DNA of 64,000 bases from Eledone cirrhosa (GCA_964016885.1 OZ024743.1:225494001-225558000); one strand, 5' to 3'; shown: positions 42,934 through 56,202, counted from the stretch's first letter. Notes: generated by a model from the letters alone, not told the origin. Numbers and translations: made by a program.

Positions 42934-45265
42934 ATCATCATCATCATTTTACGTCCGCTTTTCCCTGCTTGCAAGGGTGGGACGGGTCTTATTCAGCACA
43001 GCATCTCTCCACTCGTCACGGTCCCTCGTCATCTCCACCGTGAGCTTCAATGATCTAAGGTCTGTTCTCACCACCTCCGCCCATGTTTTTCATGGTCTAC
43101 CTCTACCACGTCTTCCTTCAACTGGCATTTCCTGGCACTTCTTCACCCATCGGTCATCCTCCATGCGCATCACATGTCCATACCACCTCAGTCTCCTCTC
43201 CCGTACACTACATTCTATCCCTCTCAGACACAGTTTCTCTCTCAAACATTTATGCTGGGTCGTTCACGCACATTTACACTGCACATCCAACGGAGCATGC
43301 TTGCCTCATTTCTCTCCAGACGTCGCATATCCTCTGCAGTTGCTACCCATGTCTCACTACCATGCAGCATCGCGCTCCTCACACAGGCATCATACAACCG
43401 GCCTTTCGTACGCAGGGAGAACCCCTTCTTTGTCAACAGAGGAAGCAGCTCCCTAAACTTCTTCCAACCCGTCCTTATTCTAGATACTATGGCCTCGGAA
43501 CACCCTCCTCCCATGCTAATCTGATCTCCTAGGTACCGGAAGCTATCCACCACTTCTATAGCGCCCTCTTGCATTTGAAAAATGTGTCTATCAGTGCGAC
43601 TTCTACTGTCTAATTTCCCTGTACATCTACTGCATACATATTTCTCCCTACCTGTTAGTTTGCCTGCTATCCCGCTACATCTCTTGTGTACCCAGGATCT
43701 GCATTGTGTGCATTTTATAGAATTTATGCCAGTTCCTTTTCCGCATATCGAACATGGCCATTTCCCTGACGGAATCAGGGTTTTGTCCTCTTTTCTACTC
43801 ATCAACACTTTTGTCTGAGCTAGATTCATTCTCAGTCCTCTTGCTTCCAACTGCTGTTTCCATAGCCAGAATTTATTCTCTAGCTCCTCTACTGATTCTG
43901 CTATAAGAACCAGATCGTCAGCATAGAGAAGTTCCCATGGACAGCCAGTCTTAAACTCCTCTGTTATGGCTTGGAGGACTATAATGAACAAGAGCGGGCT
44001 GAGGAACGAACCCTGATGTACTCCTACTTGTATCTGGAATTCCTCACTAAACTCCATTCCTACCCTGACTTTACTGAGAGTACCTCTGTACAAAGTTTGC
44101 ACTGTCCTCACAAGCCATTCCTCAACACCTAGCTTCCTTAGGGACCACCAGATGACAGATCGGGGTACCCTATCAAAGGCCTTCTCTAGGTCAACAAAGG
44201 CTAAGTATAGTGGCTTATTCTTCTCTAAGAACCTCTCTTGCATTTGTCTCACCAAGAAGAGGGCATCTGTTGTACTCTTCCCAGGCACAAAACCAAACTG
44301 CATCTCATCTAGTTTGACTCTTTCTCTAATTAGTTGTGCTAAAATCCTTTCTGCCACTTTCATAACCTGATCTATCAGTTTTATACCCCTATAATTGCTC
44401 CTCTCCAAAGCATCCCCTTTACCTTTGTAGCAATTTATGAGAATACTGCTGCACCAGTCTTTGGGTATGACACCACCATATATAGCCTGATTGATGATGC
44501 GTGCAACCAGTTTAGTGCCTACGTCCCCTGATGCCTTCAGCATCTCAGCAACTATTCCCGATGGTCCGGCCGCCTTACCATTTTTCATTTCCCTAATCGC
44601 CTCTTGGACCCTATATTCGTCAATCTCAATAGCTGGTCCCTCTGTCGGATCTACCAAGGGTAATTTCTCTCTCTCCCATTCGTTCTCCACATTCATCAGT
44701 CTCTCATAATGACATTTCCAGGCCTCCTTTTTCTGATCATTCGTGACACTAAGTACACCGGCATCATCCAGGACACATTTATCTCCAACAACATCCTGAT
44801 TTGCATTGACACACTGCCTTGCAATGTGGAACACCGCACGCCTCTGATCTTCCCGTCGCAGAACATTGGCAAACCTCCTACTCTCTGCCTCCCTGCGTGC
44901 TAAGTACACCTGACGTCTAGTTTCTCTCTTAGTGGCTGTATATTCTTCCCTACTCCCACCCTTTTTCCAAGCCTTCCATGCTAGTCTTTTGTCTCTAATA
45001 GCCTTATCTACTGTGCTGTTCCACCACCAGCTCACTCTGTCTGGTTGGAGCTCTGCTCCAGCCACAGGTTTCATCAGTAGCCTGCAGCAAGTTGTCACGT
45101 AAGAAATTCCAGTTATTATCTATGTCATACGTCTCTAAATCGTCTTCATTTTCGTCATATACATCTTGAAGGGCTTTCCTAAATTTGTATTTTAGTGAAA
45201 GGTCTTTTAGCTTTCAGACCTTTCTTCTCCACACCTTCCTATATGTCTCATTCCATCTCTTGCTT
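42934..45265 (-). mobile_element. 5'-truncated RTE-clade LINE
   Basis: Long RT ORF and (tga)n 3' tail at about 42935-42946. The 5' end stops at (TA)n before any endonuclease domain. Confidence 0.93.
43242..45098 (-). CDS. Non-LTR (RTE) reverse transcriptase with Cys-rich PHD-like insert
   Basis: NYRGIKL, QFGFVPGKSTTDA, FVDLEKAFDRV, GVHQGSFLSPLLF, LLYADDLVL and FRYLG. Insert WPCSICGKG..SIKCTQCRSWVHKRCSG..YVCSRC. Confidence 0.93.
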   Translation of the reverse strand: MTTCCRLLMKPVAGAELQPDRVSWWWNSTVDKAIRDKRLAWKAWKKGGSREEYTATKRETRRQVYLARREAESRRFANVLRREDQRRAVFHIARQCVNANQDVVGDKCVLDDAGVLSVTNDQKKEAWKCHYERLMNVENEWEREKLPLVDPTEGPAIEIDEYRVQEAIREMKNGKAAGPSGIVAEMLKASGDVGTKLVARIINQAIYGGVIPKDWCSSILINCYKGKGDALERSNYRGIKLIDQVMKVAERILAQLIRERVKLDEMQFGFVPGKSTTDALFLVRQMQERFLEKNKPLYLAFVDLEKAFDRVPRSVIWWSLRKLGVEEWLVRTVQTLYRGTLSKVRVGMEFSEEFQIQVGVHQGSFLSPLLFIIVLQAITEEFKTGCPWELLYADDLVLIAESVEELENKFWLWKQQLEARGLRMNLAQTKVLMSRKEDKTLIPSGKWPCSICGKGTGINSIKCTQCRSWVHKRCSGIAGKLTGREKYVCSRCTGKLDSRSRTDRHIFQMQEGAIEVVDSFRYLGDQISMGGGCSEAIVSRIRTGWKKFRELLPLLTKKGFSLRTKGRLYDACVRSAMLHGSETWVATAEDMRRLERNEASMLRWMCSVNVRERPSINV

Positions 45266-45276
45266 ACTGAGATATC

Positions 45277-45309
<33 letters not shown>

Positions 45310-45329
45310 TGTAAAAAAAAAACAAAAAA

Positions 45330-45557
45330 ACTACTCAGTCCACGCTGTAATGTGGCCATGTAGGTAACACGGTAAAAAGTTCCCAGTTCCACACTGTAAA
45401 TGTGGTTGGTGTTAGGAAGGGCATCCAGCCATAGAAAGCCTGCCAGATAGTCCTATACGAGCGAGACATGGTCACCCGACCAACCTTGCCTAAAGTGGCA
45501 CAACTCCCGTCTAACCCATGCTAGCGTGGAAGATGGATGTTAAACGATGATGATGAT
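45330..45557 (+). mobile_element. Short retroposon with RTE-like (gat)n tail
   Basis: Aligns with 56857-57037 and ends gatggatgttaaacgatgatgatga. Confidence 0.7.
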
Positions 45558-45575
45558 ATATATATATATATATAA

Positions 45576-46050
45576 CAAACACGACCTTAAAGTCAGTTTT
45601 AGCTCAATGACCAATTTTAAATCAATTATTACCAATAAGCCACCTCTATCCAACCTAGTTGGATGCTCATGTAGGATCAGAAAACAGAGGCCTTACTCTT
45701 CAAGGCAACAGTGAAATTGTCAAAACCATTGCACCACCAATCTCAAGTGGTACATCAGTCTTACTGAACGGTACAACAACCATGCAGCAACATTCTGTAA
45801 TCAGGAGAAAAACACATGAGTAAGTTCTGCAACAATATATGAAAGCTGAAAGAAGGCTCTACTGATTACAACATCAGCTGGAGGCTAGCAGAAAAATGTA
45901 AACCCTATGCCAATGGTTCTAAGAGGTGCAAACTCTGCAATACCAAGAAATGATTCATATGGAAAAATTCACTGGTTTCAAATTCAAACCTCAACTTGAG
46001 GAACGAGATATACAAATCATGCCCACATAGAACAAAATATATTTTTGTTT
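45576..46050 (+). mobile_element. Highly degenerate PLE GIY-YIG remnant (Hydra-clade-like)
   Basis: Read across frameshifts: LKVSFSSMTNFKSII..GCSCR..RYNNHAATF..DYNISWRLAEKCKPYANGSKRCKLC..LNLRNEIYKSCPHR. Confidence 0.7.
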
Positions 46051-46902
46051 TTGGTCACCAAATATCCAGACACTCACCAGTCACCACAGATAACATGATT
46101 TAAGATCACAGGAAAACCATCGTAATCATTTGGAAACTGAATAATGAATAATAAAACACTCCAGATTAAAAAGGCTATCAGAATATTTTGTCTCTCTTAC
46201 ACTGATCAACAGACATGTGTGTACATGTGGGTGTGTGCATGTACATCTGTGGATATGAGAACATACACACACACATACATGTGTATGTGTGAGAGGGGGG
46301 GGGGGTAAAATTTGTGTGTGTGCGGGTGTATACATGTAAATACAATGTTCTCTTAGTTGATCTCTTTCAACTATTCCCTAATCATTTCGATCTCTCTCTC
46401 TAGTATTCAAAAATTATTCTTTCAGTTGACTCTACTGTGTATACTCTACATTCAGTAACATCTCATAGTAACATTTCGATACTGTTTTCTCTTTAGCATT
46501 AAAGAAGGCAACAGTGCCTCTATCATTCTGTTCATATTTTTCCTCAATTGCATCTTGATTCACACTGACTCAGGTTTTTTTTGTTGGGGGGAGTCCTATC
46601 CAGAAACTGTGTCCCTGATCCTCTTGTCACAGTACAATGGCAAACCTCTTACTTTCAGTTTCTCTTTTTGTTACATATGATATATATAATTAACCCTACT
46701 AAAACTGTCTCTGGTCTTATAAAACAAAACTTTCCATTTCATAGGGTCCCTATTTAAATTAAAATCTTCAATTATAACTTCATGTTAGAACCATATGTTA
46801 AATTACTATCTTAGTAATGAAATAATTAGTAATTTTAGTAAATACCTCAATGTTTTTCATCAATTTGAGTGTATTTCAATAGAAATACAATAACGAAACG
46901 TC

Positions 46903-47575
46903 TTAGTCTTAGGTTCTTCCACGCCGTTCAGTGCATTGAGCAGTAAGTAGTAACTAACAGTGCCGACTTTTTCACATCTGTGCCAAGTGTTGTTGGCTAC
47001 CATCAGATCTTTTTGGAACGTTCATTGCCAGGTGATCCTGGAGCAACCCCACCTCCGTTTGCTGCCAGGTGGAGTCCAGTTCATCGCTGTTTTTGAGTGT
47101 CGTTCGTTGGGCAGGTTCAGAATATGGCCAGCTAGATGGTTCCAGCACTCCATGACCATCCTCTGTAGCGTCCACGACTCGGCTCCCCACAGGATTTCCT
47201 TGTTTTGCACTCAGTCGCGCTAGGACACATGAAGGATCATTTGCAGGCACCGCTAGTGGAAAGTGTTCAGCTGTCTCTTTATCTTTGCCGTACTCATCCA
47301 GGTTTCACTCGCATAAAGCATTGTTGGCAGCCAACACGAACAACAGCGGAGAGAGAATGCAACCCTGTCTGACTCTGGAGACAACGTCAAAGAATTCCGT
47401 CACACCGGACTCAGTTCGCACGCAGCAGTTGGAGTTTGCATACAGGGCCTTGAAAATGGTGATGAATCTTGCAGGAATGTCGTAAAAGTGTGTGATATTC
47501 CCCAGCGATTCCCGATGCACACTGGTCTTGTCGGACGCCTCATCGTGGAGAAGGGATGCCAAACACAGATTTCAG
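46903..47575 (-). mobile_element. Degenerate RTE-like LINE remnant with internal deletions
   Basis: YDIPARFITIFKALY..FDVVSRVRQGCILSPLLF, LWGAESWTL, and GHILNLPNERHSKTAMNWTPPGSKRR.G. Confidence 0.8.
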
Positions 47576-48854
47576 TAGGCAAAGAACCAGCAAATACAGG
47601 CGTCTAGTTAGCAACCTGGCACTACTGTAAAATTCAAAATCGCTACAGAAACAGTAAGGAAACCCCCCCACACACAAAAAAAAAAAAAAAAAGGCTACAT
47701 ATCATCTATAAATAAATTCAAAGACAAAAATCTTATTTGATGTAATTTTCCAAATTATATTCAATAAATTGTAACTAAGAATAGAAACAAATTCAAAGAA
47801 AGCAATTTGTTTACTGAAATTAAAATATAAAAAAGATCAAGGGAGATAACTAATAAAAAATAAGTCACGACCGTCAAGGGAAATAACTCAATATTTACAT
47901 TTTTGAGTATGTAATTTTGACTAAATCTATCCAGTTTATAAAGGGTTTACTAAACAGGCAATAGAGCTTGTAGCTGTTGATTCATGTGGGATGTACTACA
48001 TAGTCTAGGTGTCAGCTAATTAATATATATGGTGTAGCCGTCAAATAAACAAGCTACATAGCTAGATGTCAGCTAGTTGTTTAAACTGTAGTTGCTAACT
48101 ATATGGAGCCATTTATCAGAAATATTCTGTGTGTAAAGTAAGTATCAATCATCTTAATTAAATGTCTCTAAATGTTAACTATGAGGAGACTGTGAAGGAG
48201 TATGTTTTAGTGTTTTGAGTTCATAATTGTAAGGTCTTGAGTTCGATTCCTGGTAGCATGTTGTGTCCTTGAGCAAGACACTTTATTTCACCTTATTTAC
48301 AGTTCACACCTATGCAGGTTTAGTTGACCTCTAGCGAAGTTGCATCTCATTGGGGCGTTTCTTGGGTGTTTTAATATCAGGAGCCCCAGTACTATCATGA
48401 AAACCACCATGAAATAAATTGTCTTGCTCAAGAATACAATACACCACCCAATCCAGGAATAAAACCTACAACCCAATGATCATGATATTCAACACCCTAA
48501 CCATGAGTCCACATACCTTCAATGTAAAATAAGCAAGTCAAATTAGATTACACCTCAAGTCAAATTGTTAAACAAGTTTGAATCCTTATCAACATCACCA
48601 ATATATTTCTCTTTCACGGTTTAGACAGCCTTAGCAGTTCCTCTCTTTTCTTCACTATTCTTTACCAATATATCTATAAGACGAAACTTTCTTAGCAATT
48701 AAATGGTAGTAGAAGAGTAATAATCTTTCTACTGTATTTTCTCCAAATTAGTTCTTTTCAAACTAAACCACCCAAAACTGATTGATTCTATGATACAAAA
48801 TTGTTTATTTTAAATTGTTTATATTTATCTAAAAACCTTCCATTATAATTTTAT

Positions 48855-48968
48855 GTTCAAATCCCGCCGCGGTTGACTTTGCCTTTCATCCTTACGGGGT
48901 CGATAAAATAAAGTACCAGTAATGCACTGGGTAATTTCTGGCCTTGTGCCTAAAGTAGAAACAATTAT
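48855..48968 (+). mobile_element. SINE family A, 5'-truncated
   Basis: gttcaaatcccgccgcggttgactttgcctttcatccttacggggtcgataaaataaagtaccag...aacaattat. Confidence 0.85.
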
Positions 48969-49308
48969 AATTTTATGTAACAACCTTTGTTAAGTTATGC
49001 TCCAAACACTAGTTATATTATGAAATCCCTCCAATTTAAAAAAATAATTAAAATCAATTTGAAAATGATAGGCAGCATCTTTCATTATAAAGATGATGTT
49101 GAAAGACTTAAGGTGCCACTTATATATTTCTCTGGATGAGGATTTTATTAAGGATATTATCAATGTAAATATTTATGGCACCCTGTAATAAGAAATATTC
49201 TAATGAAACTACAGCCTAACAAAGCACCAAAAGAGAATGTTTATATATGTAATTAATGCTTACTATTCCGTTCATATTACATGGCAGTAACTACAAAATA
49301 TATTTTGT

Positions 49309-49572
49309 TTAACCCTTTTGTTATTATATTTCTAATGAAAAACACTGCCCATAAACTTAAAATAATTTGGAAAATAATAAAGAATTTGAAAGGATTTAGT
49401 AATACAAACAATTTTCTCATTGTTAAATTAGTGTTTAGAACATTACTTAACACAGGTTCTTACATAAAATTATGATCAAAGATTTTTAGATAAATATAAA
49501 TACTTTAGAATAAACAGCTTATTGTCATAAAACTAGGTGTGGTTTCAGGCAGATTGATATCAAAAGGGTTAA
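49309..49572. mobile_element. TTAA-flanked MITE, second family
   Basis: Ends ttaacccttttg and caaaagggttaa. Diverged relatives near 46690, 60769 and 63946. Confidence 0.7.
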
Positions 49573-49596
49573 ATGAAGCATACACTGGAGTACTGT

Positions 49597-52500
49597 CCCC
49601 ACATCTGGAACAGTCGCTGCCACACAATCACACATCTGAGACTGTTACAGTTACACATTCCCATATCTGAGATAATATTGCTATTATACATTTACACATC
49701 TGGGACAGTGTTGCTGTTGCAGCTACACGTACACACATCTGAGACAGTGTTGCTGTTACACACACACACACACACGTCTGGGACAGTGTTGCTGCTACAC
49801 ATTCACACATCTGAGACATTATTGCTGCTACACACTCACACATCTGAGACAGTGTTACTGCTAGACACTGTCTCAGATGTGTGAGTGTGTGGCAGTAACA
49901 CTGTCTCAGATGTGTGAGTGTGTGGCAGTAACACTGTCCCAGATGTGTGAGTGTGTGGCAGTAACACTGTCTCAGATGTGTGAGTGTGTGGCAGTAACAC
50001 TGTCTCAGACGTGTGAGTGTGTGGCAGTAACACTGTCTCAGACGTGTGAGTGTGTGGCAGTAACACTGTCTCAGACGTGTGAGTGTGTGGCAGTAACACT
50101 GTCTCAGACGTGTGAGTGTGTGGCAGTAACACTGTCTCAGACGTGTGAGTGTGTGGCAGTAACACTGTCTCAGACGTGTGAGTGTGTGGCAGTAACACTG
50201 TCTCAGACGTGTGAGTGTGTGGCAGTAACACTGTCTCAGACGTGTGAGTGTGTGGCAGTAACACTGTCTCAGACGTGTGAGTGTGTGGCAGTAACACTGT
50301 CTCAGACGTGTGAGTGTGTGGCAGTAACACTGTCTCAGACGTGTGAGTGTGTGGCAGTAACACTGTCTCAGACGTGTGAGTGTGTGGCAGTAACACTGTC
50401 TCAGACGTGTGAGTGTGTGGCAGTAACACTGTCTCAGATGTGTGAGTGTGTAGAAGCAACACTGTCTCAGATGTGTGAGTGTGTGGCAGTAACACTGTCT
50501 CAGATGTGTGAGTGTGTGGCAGTAACACTGTCTCAGATGTGTGAGTGTGTGGCAGTAACACTGTCTCAGATGTGTGAGTGTGTAGTAGCAACACTGTCTC
50601 AGATGTGTGAGTGTGTGGCAGGAACACTGTCTCAGATGTGTGAGTGTGTGGAAGTAACACTGTCTCAGATGTGTGAGTGTGTGGAAGTAACACTGTCTCA
50701 GATGTGTGAGTGTGTAGTAGCAACACTGTCTCAGATGTGTGAGTGTGTGGCAGTAACACTGTCCCAGATGTGTGAGTGTGTGGCAGTAACACTGTCTCAG
50801 ATGTGTAAGTGTGTAGTAGCAACACTGTCTCAGATGTGTGAGTGTGTGGCAGGAACACTGTCTCAGATGTGTGAGTGTGTGGCAGTAACACTGTCTCAGA
50901 TGTGTGAGTGTGTAGCTGCAACACTCTCAGATGTGTGAGTGTGTGGCAGGAACACTCTCAGATGTGTGAGTGTGTGGCAGGAACACTGTCTCAGATGTGT
51001 GAGTGTGTGGCAGTAACACTGTCTCAGATGTGTGAGTGTGTGGCAGTAACACTGTCTCAGATGTGTGAGTGTGTAGTAGCAACACTGTCTCAGATGTGTG
51101 AGTGTGTGGCAGTAACACTGTCCCAGATGTGTGAGTGTGTAGCAGTAACACTGTCTCAGATGTGTGAATGTGTAGCAGTAACACTGTCTCAGACGTGTGA
51201 ATGTGTAGCAGTAACACTGTCTCAGACGTGTGAATGTGTAGCAGTAACACTGTCCCAGATGTGTGAGTGTGTAACAGCAACACTGTCTCAGATGTGTGAG
51301 TGTGTGGCAGTAACACTGTCCCAGATGTGTGTGTGTGTAGCAGTGACACTGTCTCAGATGTGTGTGTGTGTAGCAGCAACACTCTCAGATGTGTGAGTGT
51401 GTGGCAGTAACACTGTCTCAGATGTGTGAGTGTGTGGCAGTAACACTGTCTCAGATGTGTGAGTGTGTAGCAGTAACACTGTCTCAGATGTGTGTGTGTG
51501 TAGCAGCAACACTCTCAGATGTGTGAGTGTGTGGCAGTAACACTGTCTCAGATGTGTAAGTGTGTAGTAGCAACACTGTCTCAGATGTGTGAGTGTGTAG
51601 CTGCAACACTCTCAGACGTGTGAATGTGTAGCAGTAACACTGTCCCAGATGTGTGAGTGTGTGGCAGTAACACTGTCTCAGATGTGTGAGTGTGTGGCAG
51701 TAACACTGTCTCAGATGTGTGAGTGTGTGGCAGTAACACTGTCTCAGATGTGTGAGTGTGTGGCAGTAACACTGTCACAGATGTGTGAGTGTGTGGCAGT
51801 AACACTGTCTCAGATGTGTGAGTGTGTGGCAGTAACACTGTCCCAGATGTGTGAGTGTGTAGCTGCAACACTCTCAGATGTGTGAGTGTGTGGCAGTAAC
51901 ACTGTCTCAGATGTGTGAGTGTGTAGCAGTAACACTGTCTCAGATGTGTGAGTGTGTAGCTGCAACACTCTCAGATGTGCGAGTGTGTGGCAGTAACACT
52001 GTCTCAGATGTGTGAGTGTGTGGCAGTAACACTGTCTCAGATGTGTGTGTGTGGCAGCAACACTGTCTCAGATGTGTGAGTGTGTAGCTGCAACACTCTC
52101 AGATGTGTGAGTGTGTAGCAGCAACACTGTCCCAGATGTGTGAGTGTGTAGCAGCAACACTGTCTCAGATGTGTGAGTGTGTAGCAGCAACACTGTTTCA
52201 GATGTGTAAGTGTGTAGCAGCAACACTGTCTCAGATGTGTGAGTGTGTGGCAGTAACACTGTTTCAGATGTGTAAGTGTGTAGCAGCAACACTGTCTCAG
52301 ATGTGTAAGTGTGTAGCAGCAACACTGTCTCAGATGTGTGAGTGTGTGGCAGTAACACTGTCTCAGATGTGTGAGTGTGTAGCAGTAACACTGTCCCAGA
52401 TGTGTGAGTGTGTAGCAGTAACACTGTCTCAGATGTGTGAGTGTGTAGCAGTAATAATGTCTCAGATGTGTGAATGTGTAGCAGTAACACTGTCTCAGAT

Positions 52501-54580
52501 GTGTGAGTGTGTAGCAGTAACACTGTCCCAGACGTGTGAATGTGTAGCAGCAACACTGTCTCAGACGTGTGAATGTGTAGCAGCAACACTGTCTCAGATG
52601 TGTGAGTGTGTAGCAGCAATAATGTCTCAGATGTGTGAGTGTGTAGCAGTAACACTGTCTCAGATGTGTGAGTGTGTAGCAGCAATAATGTCTCAGATGT
52701 GTGAGTGTGTGGCAGTAACACTGTCACAGATGTGTGAGTGTGTGGCAGTAACACTGTCTCAGATGTGTGAGTGTGTGGCAGTAACACTGTCCCAGATGTG
52801 TGAGTGTGTAGCTGCAACACTCTCAGATGTGTGAGTGTGTGGCAGTAACACTGTCTCAGATGTGTGAGTGTGTAGCAGTAACACTGTCTCAGATGTGTGA
52901 GTGTGTAGCTGCAACACTCTCAGATGTGTGAGTGTGTGGCAGTAACACTGTCTCAGATGTGTGAGTGTGTAGCAGTAACACTGTCTCAGATGTGTGAGTG
53001 TGTAGCAGTAATAATGTCTCAGATGTGTGAATGTGTAGCAGTAACACTGTCTCAGATGTGTGAGTGTGTAGCAGTAACACTGTCCCAGACGTGTGAATGT
53101 GTAGCAGCAACACTGTCTCAGACGTGTGAATGTGTAGCAGCAACACTGTCTCAGATGTGTGAGTGTGTAGCAGCAATAATGTCTCAGATGTGTGAGTGTG
53201 TAGCAGTAACACTGTCTCAGATGTGTGAGTGTGTAGCAGCAATAATGTCTCAGATGTGTGAATGTGTAGCAGTAACACTGTCTCAGATGTGTGAGTGTGT
53301 AGCAGTAACACTGTCTCAGACGTGTGAATGTGTAGCAGCAACACTGTCTCAGACGTGTGAATGTCTAGCAGTAACACTGTCTCAGATGTGTGAGTGTGTA
53401 GCTGCTACACACACACACATCTGAGACAGTGTTACTGCCACACACTCACACATCTGAGACAGTGTTGCTTCTACACACTCACACATCTGAGACAGTGTTA
53501 CTGCCACACACTCACACGTCTGAGACAGTGTTACTGCCACACACTCACACGTCTGAGACAGTGTTACTGCCACACACTCACACGTCTGAGACAGTGTTAC
53601 TGCCACACACTCACACGTCTGAGACAGTGTTACTGCCACACACTCACACGTCTGAGACAGTGTTACTGCCACACACTCACACGTCTGAGACAGTGTTACT
53701 GCCACACACTCACACGTCTGAGACAGTGTTACTGCCACACACTCACACGTCTGAGACAGTGTTACTGCCACACACTCACACGTCTGAGACAGTGTTACTG
53801 CCACACACTCACACGTCTGAGACAGTGTTACTGCCACACACTCACACGTCTGAGACAGTGTTACTGCCACACACTCACACGTCTGAGACAGTGTTACTGC
53901 CACACACTCACACGTCTGAGACAGTGTTACTGCCACACACTCACACATCTGAGACAGTGTTACTGCCACACACTCACACATCTGGGACAGTGTTACTGCC
54001 ACACACTCACACATCTGGGACAGTGTTACTGCCACACACTCACACATCTGAGACAGTGTTCCTGCCACACACTCACACATCTGAGACAGTGTTGCTGCTA
54101 CACACTCACACATCTGAGACAGTGTTACTGCCACACACTCACACATCTGAGACAGTGTTACTGCCACACACTTACACATCTGAGACAGTGTTACTGCCAC
54201 ACACTTACACATCTGAGACAGTGTTACTGCCACACACTCACACATCTGAGACAGTGTTGCTGCTACACACTCACACATCTGAGACAGTGTTACTGCCACA
54301 CACTCACACATCTGAGACAGTGTTACTGCTACACACTCACACATCTGAGACAGTGTTACTGCCACACACTCACACATCTGAGACAGTGTTCCTGCCACAC
54401 ACTCACACATCTGAGACAGTGTTGCTGCTACACACCCACACATCTGAGACAGTGTTGCTACTACACACTTACACATCTGAGACAGTGTTGCTGCTACACA
54501 CTCACACATCTGAGACAGTGTTGCTACTACACACTTACACATCTGAGACAGTGTTGCTGCTACACATTCAAATATCTGGA
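49597..54580. repeat. 33-bp minisatellite (about 150 units) with two orientation switches
   Basis: Unit cacatctgagacagtgttactgccacacactca. Forward 49597-49861, reverse 49862-53401, forward 53402-54580. Confidence 0.97.
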
Positions 54581-54583
54581 ACA

Positions 54584-55265
54584 GGATGAAAGTCAAAGTT
54601 GACCTCAGTGGGACTTGAGCTCAGAATGTAAAGAACCAGAACAAATACCGCAATCACATTTTATCCGACACTCTACCAATTTTGCCAATTCACCAACCTC
54701 AGTAATTGTAATAATAACAATGATTTCTAATTCAGGTACAAGGCCAAAACTTCGTTGGGAGGGGAAAGGTCATTACATCGACCTCAGTACTTGACTGGTA
54801 CTTTATTTTATTGAGCCCAAAAGGATGAAAGGCAAAGTAGATTTTAGCGGGAGTTCAAATCCGGCCACAGTCTACTTTTGTAATAATTGTTTCTACTTTA
54901 GGCACAAGGCAAGCAATTACCCAGTGCATTACTGGTACTTTATTTTATCGACCCCGTAAGGATGAAAGCCAAAGTAAACCTCAGCGGGATTTGAACACAG
55001 ACCGTAAAGGGACGTAACTATGCTGGAACGCATGGCGTCCGACTCTCTACCAATACTACCAATCCACCGCCCTAACTCTACTTTTGTAATAATACTAATG
55101 ATTTCTACTATAGGCACAAGGCCAGCAATTTTGGGGGAGGGGAAAAATCAATTAAATCAACCCTAGTGCATTACTGGTGCTTTATCTTATCGACCCCGTA
55201 AGGATGAAAGGCAAAGCTAACCTTGCTGGGATTTGAACTCAGAACGTAAAGGGCCGTAACTCTAT
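54584..55265 (-). mobile_element. Stack of four same-orientation family-A-related SINE pieces
   Basis: ggatgaaag(g)caaag...(at)ttgaac motifs at about 54584, 54823, 54960 and 55202. The complete copy at 54888-55072 is flanked by the direct repeat tctacttttgtaataat (54871-54887 and 55077-55093). Confidence 0.85.
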
Positions 55266-56202
55266 GATGTCTGATATTGATACAATATTTGATAGAATGA
55301 TCTCAGTATCTAATAATTATCTCCTTCACCCTGCAGAGATGAAAATAAAACCACCAGGTGAAGGACTGGGTTCAGTAGTGTGTTTCACCCATTGATAGGT
55401 ATTACTGATGATAGCAACAAGTAAATACAAAAATTTAATGTTATAACTATTAACTTCACCTGCATGTGAAATAAATATATACTTTATCAGTTTTGTTGAT
55501 TTCTTTTTCTTTTACAGATAAAATAAACTAAATTTATAGGTATGGGCATGGCTGTTTGGTTAACAAGTTCACTTCACAATCAAGTAATTTTAGGATCAGT
55601 CTCACTGCCTGGCATCTTGGGAACATTTATTCTACTATAGTCTCAGATGGACCAATTCTTTTGGGAGAAATTTGGTGGATAGAAACTGTATAGAAGCCTG
55701 TCATGTGTGAGTTTATGTTTACCATTTATGTTCCATAATTTAGAAGTTCAATAAAGAGATTTAAAATACATAGAAACTGGGATCGATGTAATTGCATAAA
55801 TCCCTTCATGTCAGTGCTCTAGTATAGCCACAGCCTGGTGATTGAAACAATCAAAAGAATCAGGTTTTGGTGATTTTTCCCCCTATTTTCACAGATAAAA
55901 TAAACTAAATACTCAAACCCTGTGCATTCAATTCACTACATACTCAACTATATGATATTAGTGTTCATATAATGTTAGAAAAGTAAACATATTATGATAA
56001 AGCCAGTAATAAATCTAAGAAATTTATGAAAGTTTTCTGGCTTATACTAGTAAAGTAGTAAAGATAATAAAAGCTTATATAAATTTCAACAACTGATAAG
56101 AGTATATAGACAACTAAATAATTGGCAAACATCCTGTTGTAACTAAAGAGAAAACATTCTGCTACTGAGATCATGGAAGTTGTTTTATGGAATGTTAGTG
56201 TG

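Noticed and set aside
49836-54602. Cys-rich/His-rich repeat ORFs as metallothionein or zinc-finger proteins
   Set aside because: These are 33-bp minisatellite translations that switch strand at the inversions and are broken by 31-bp units.
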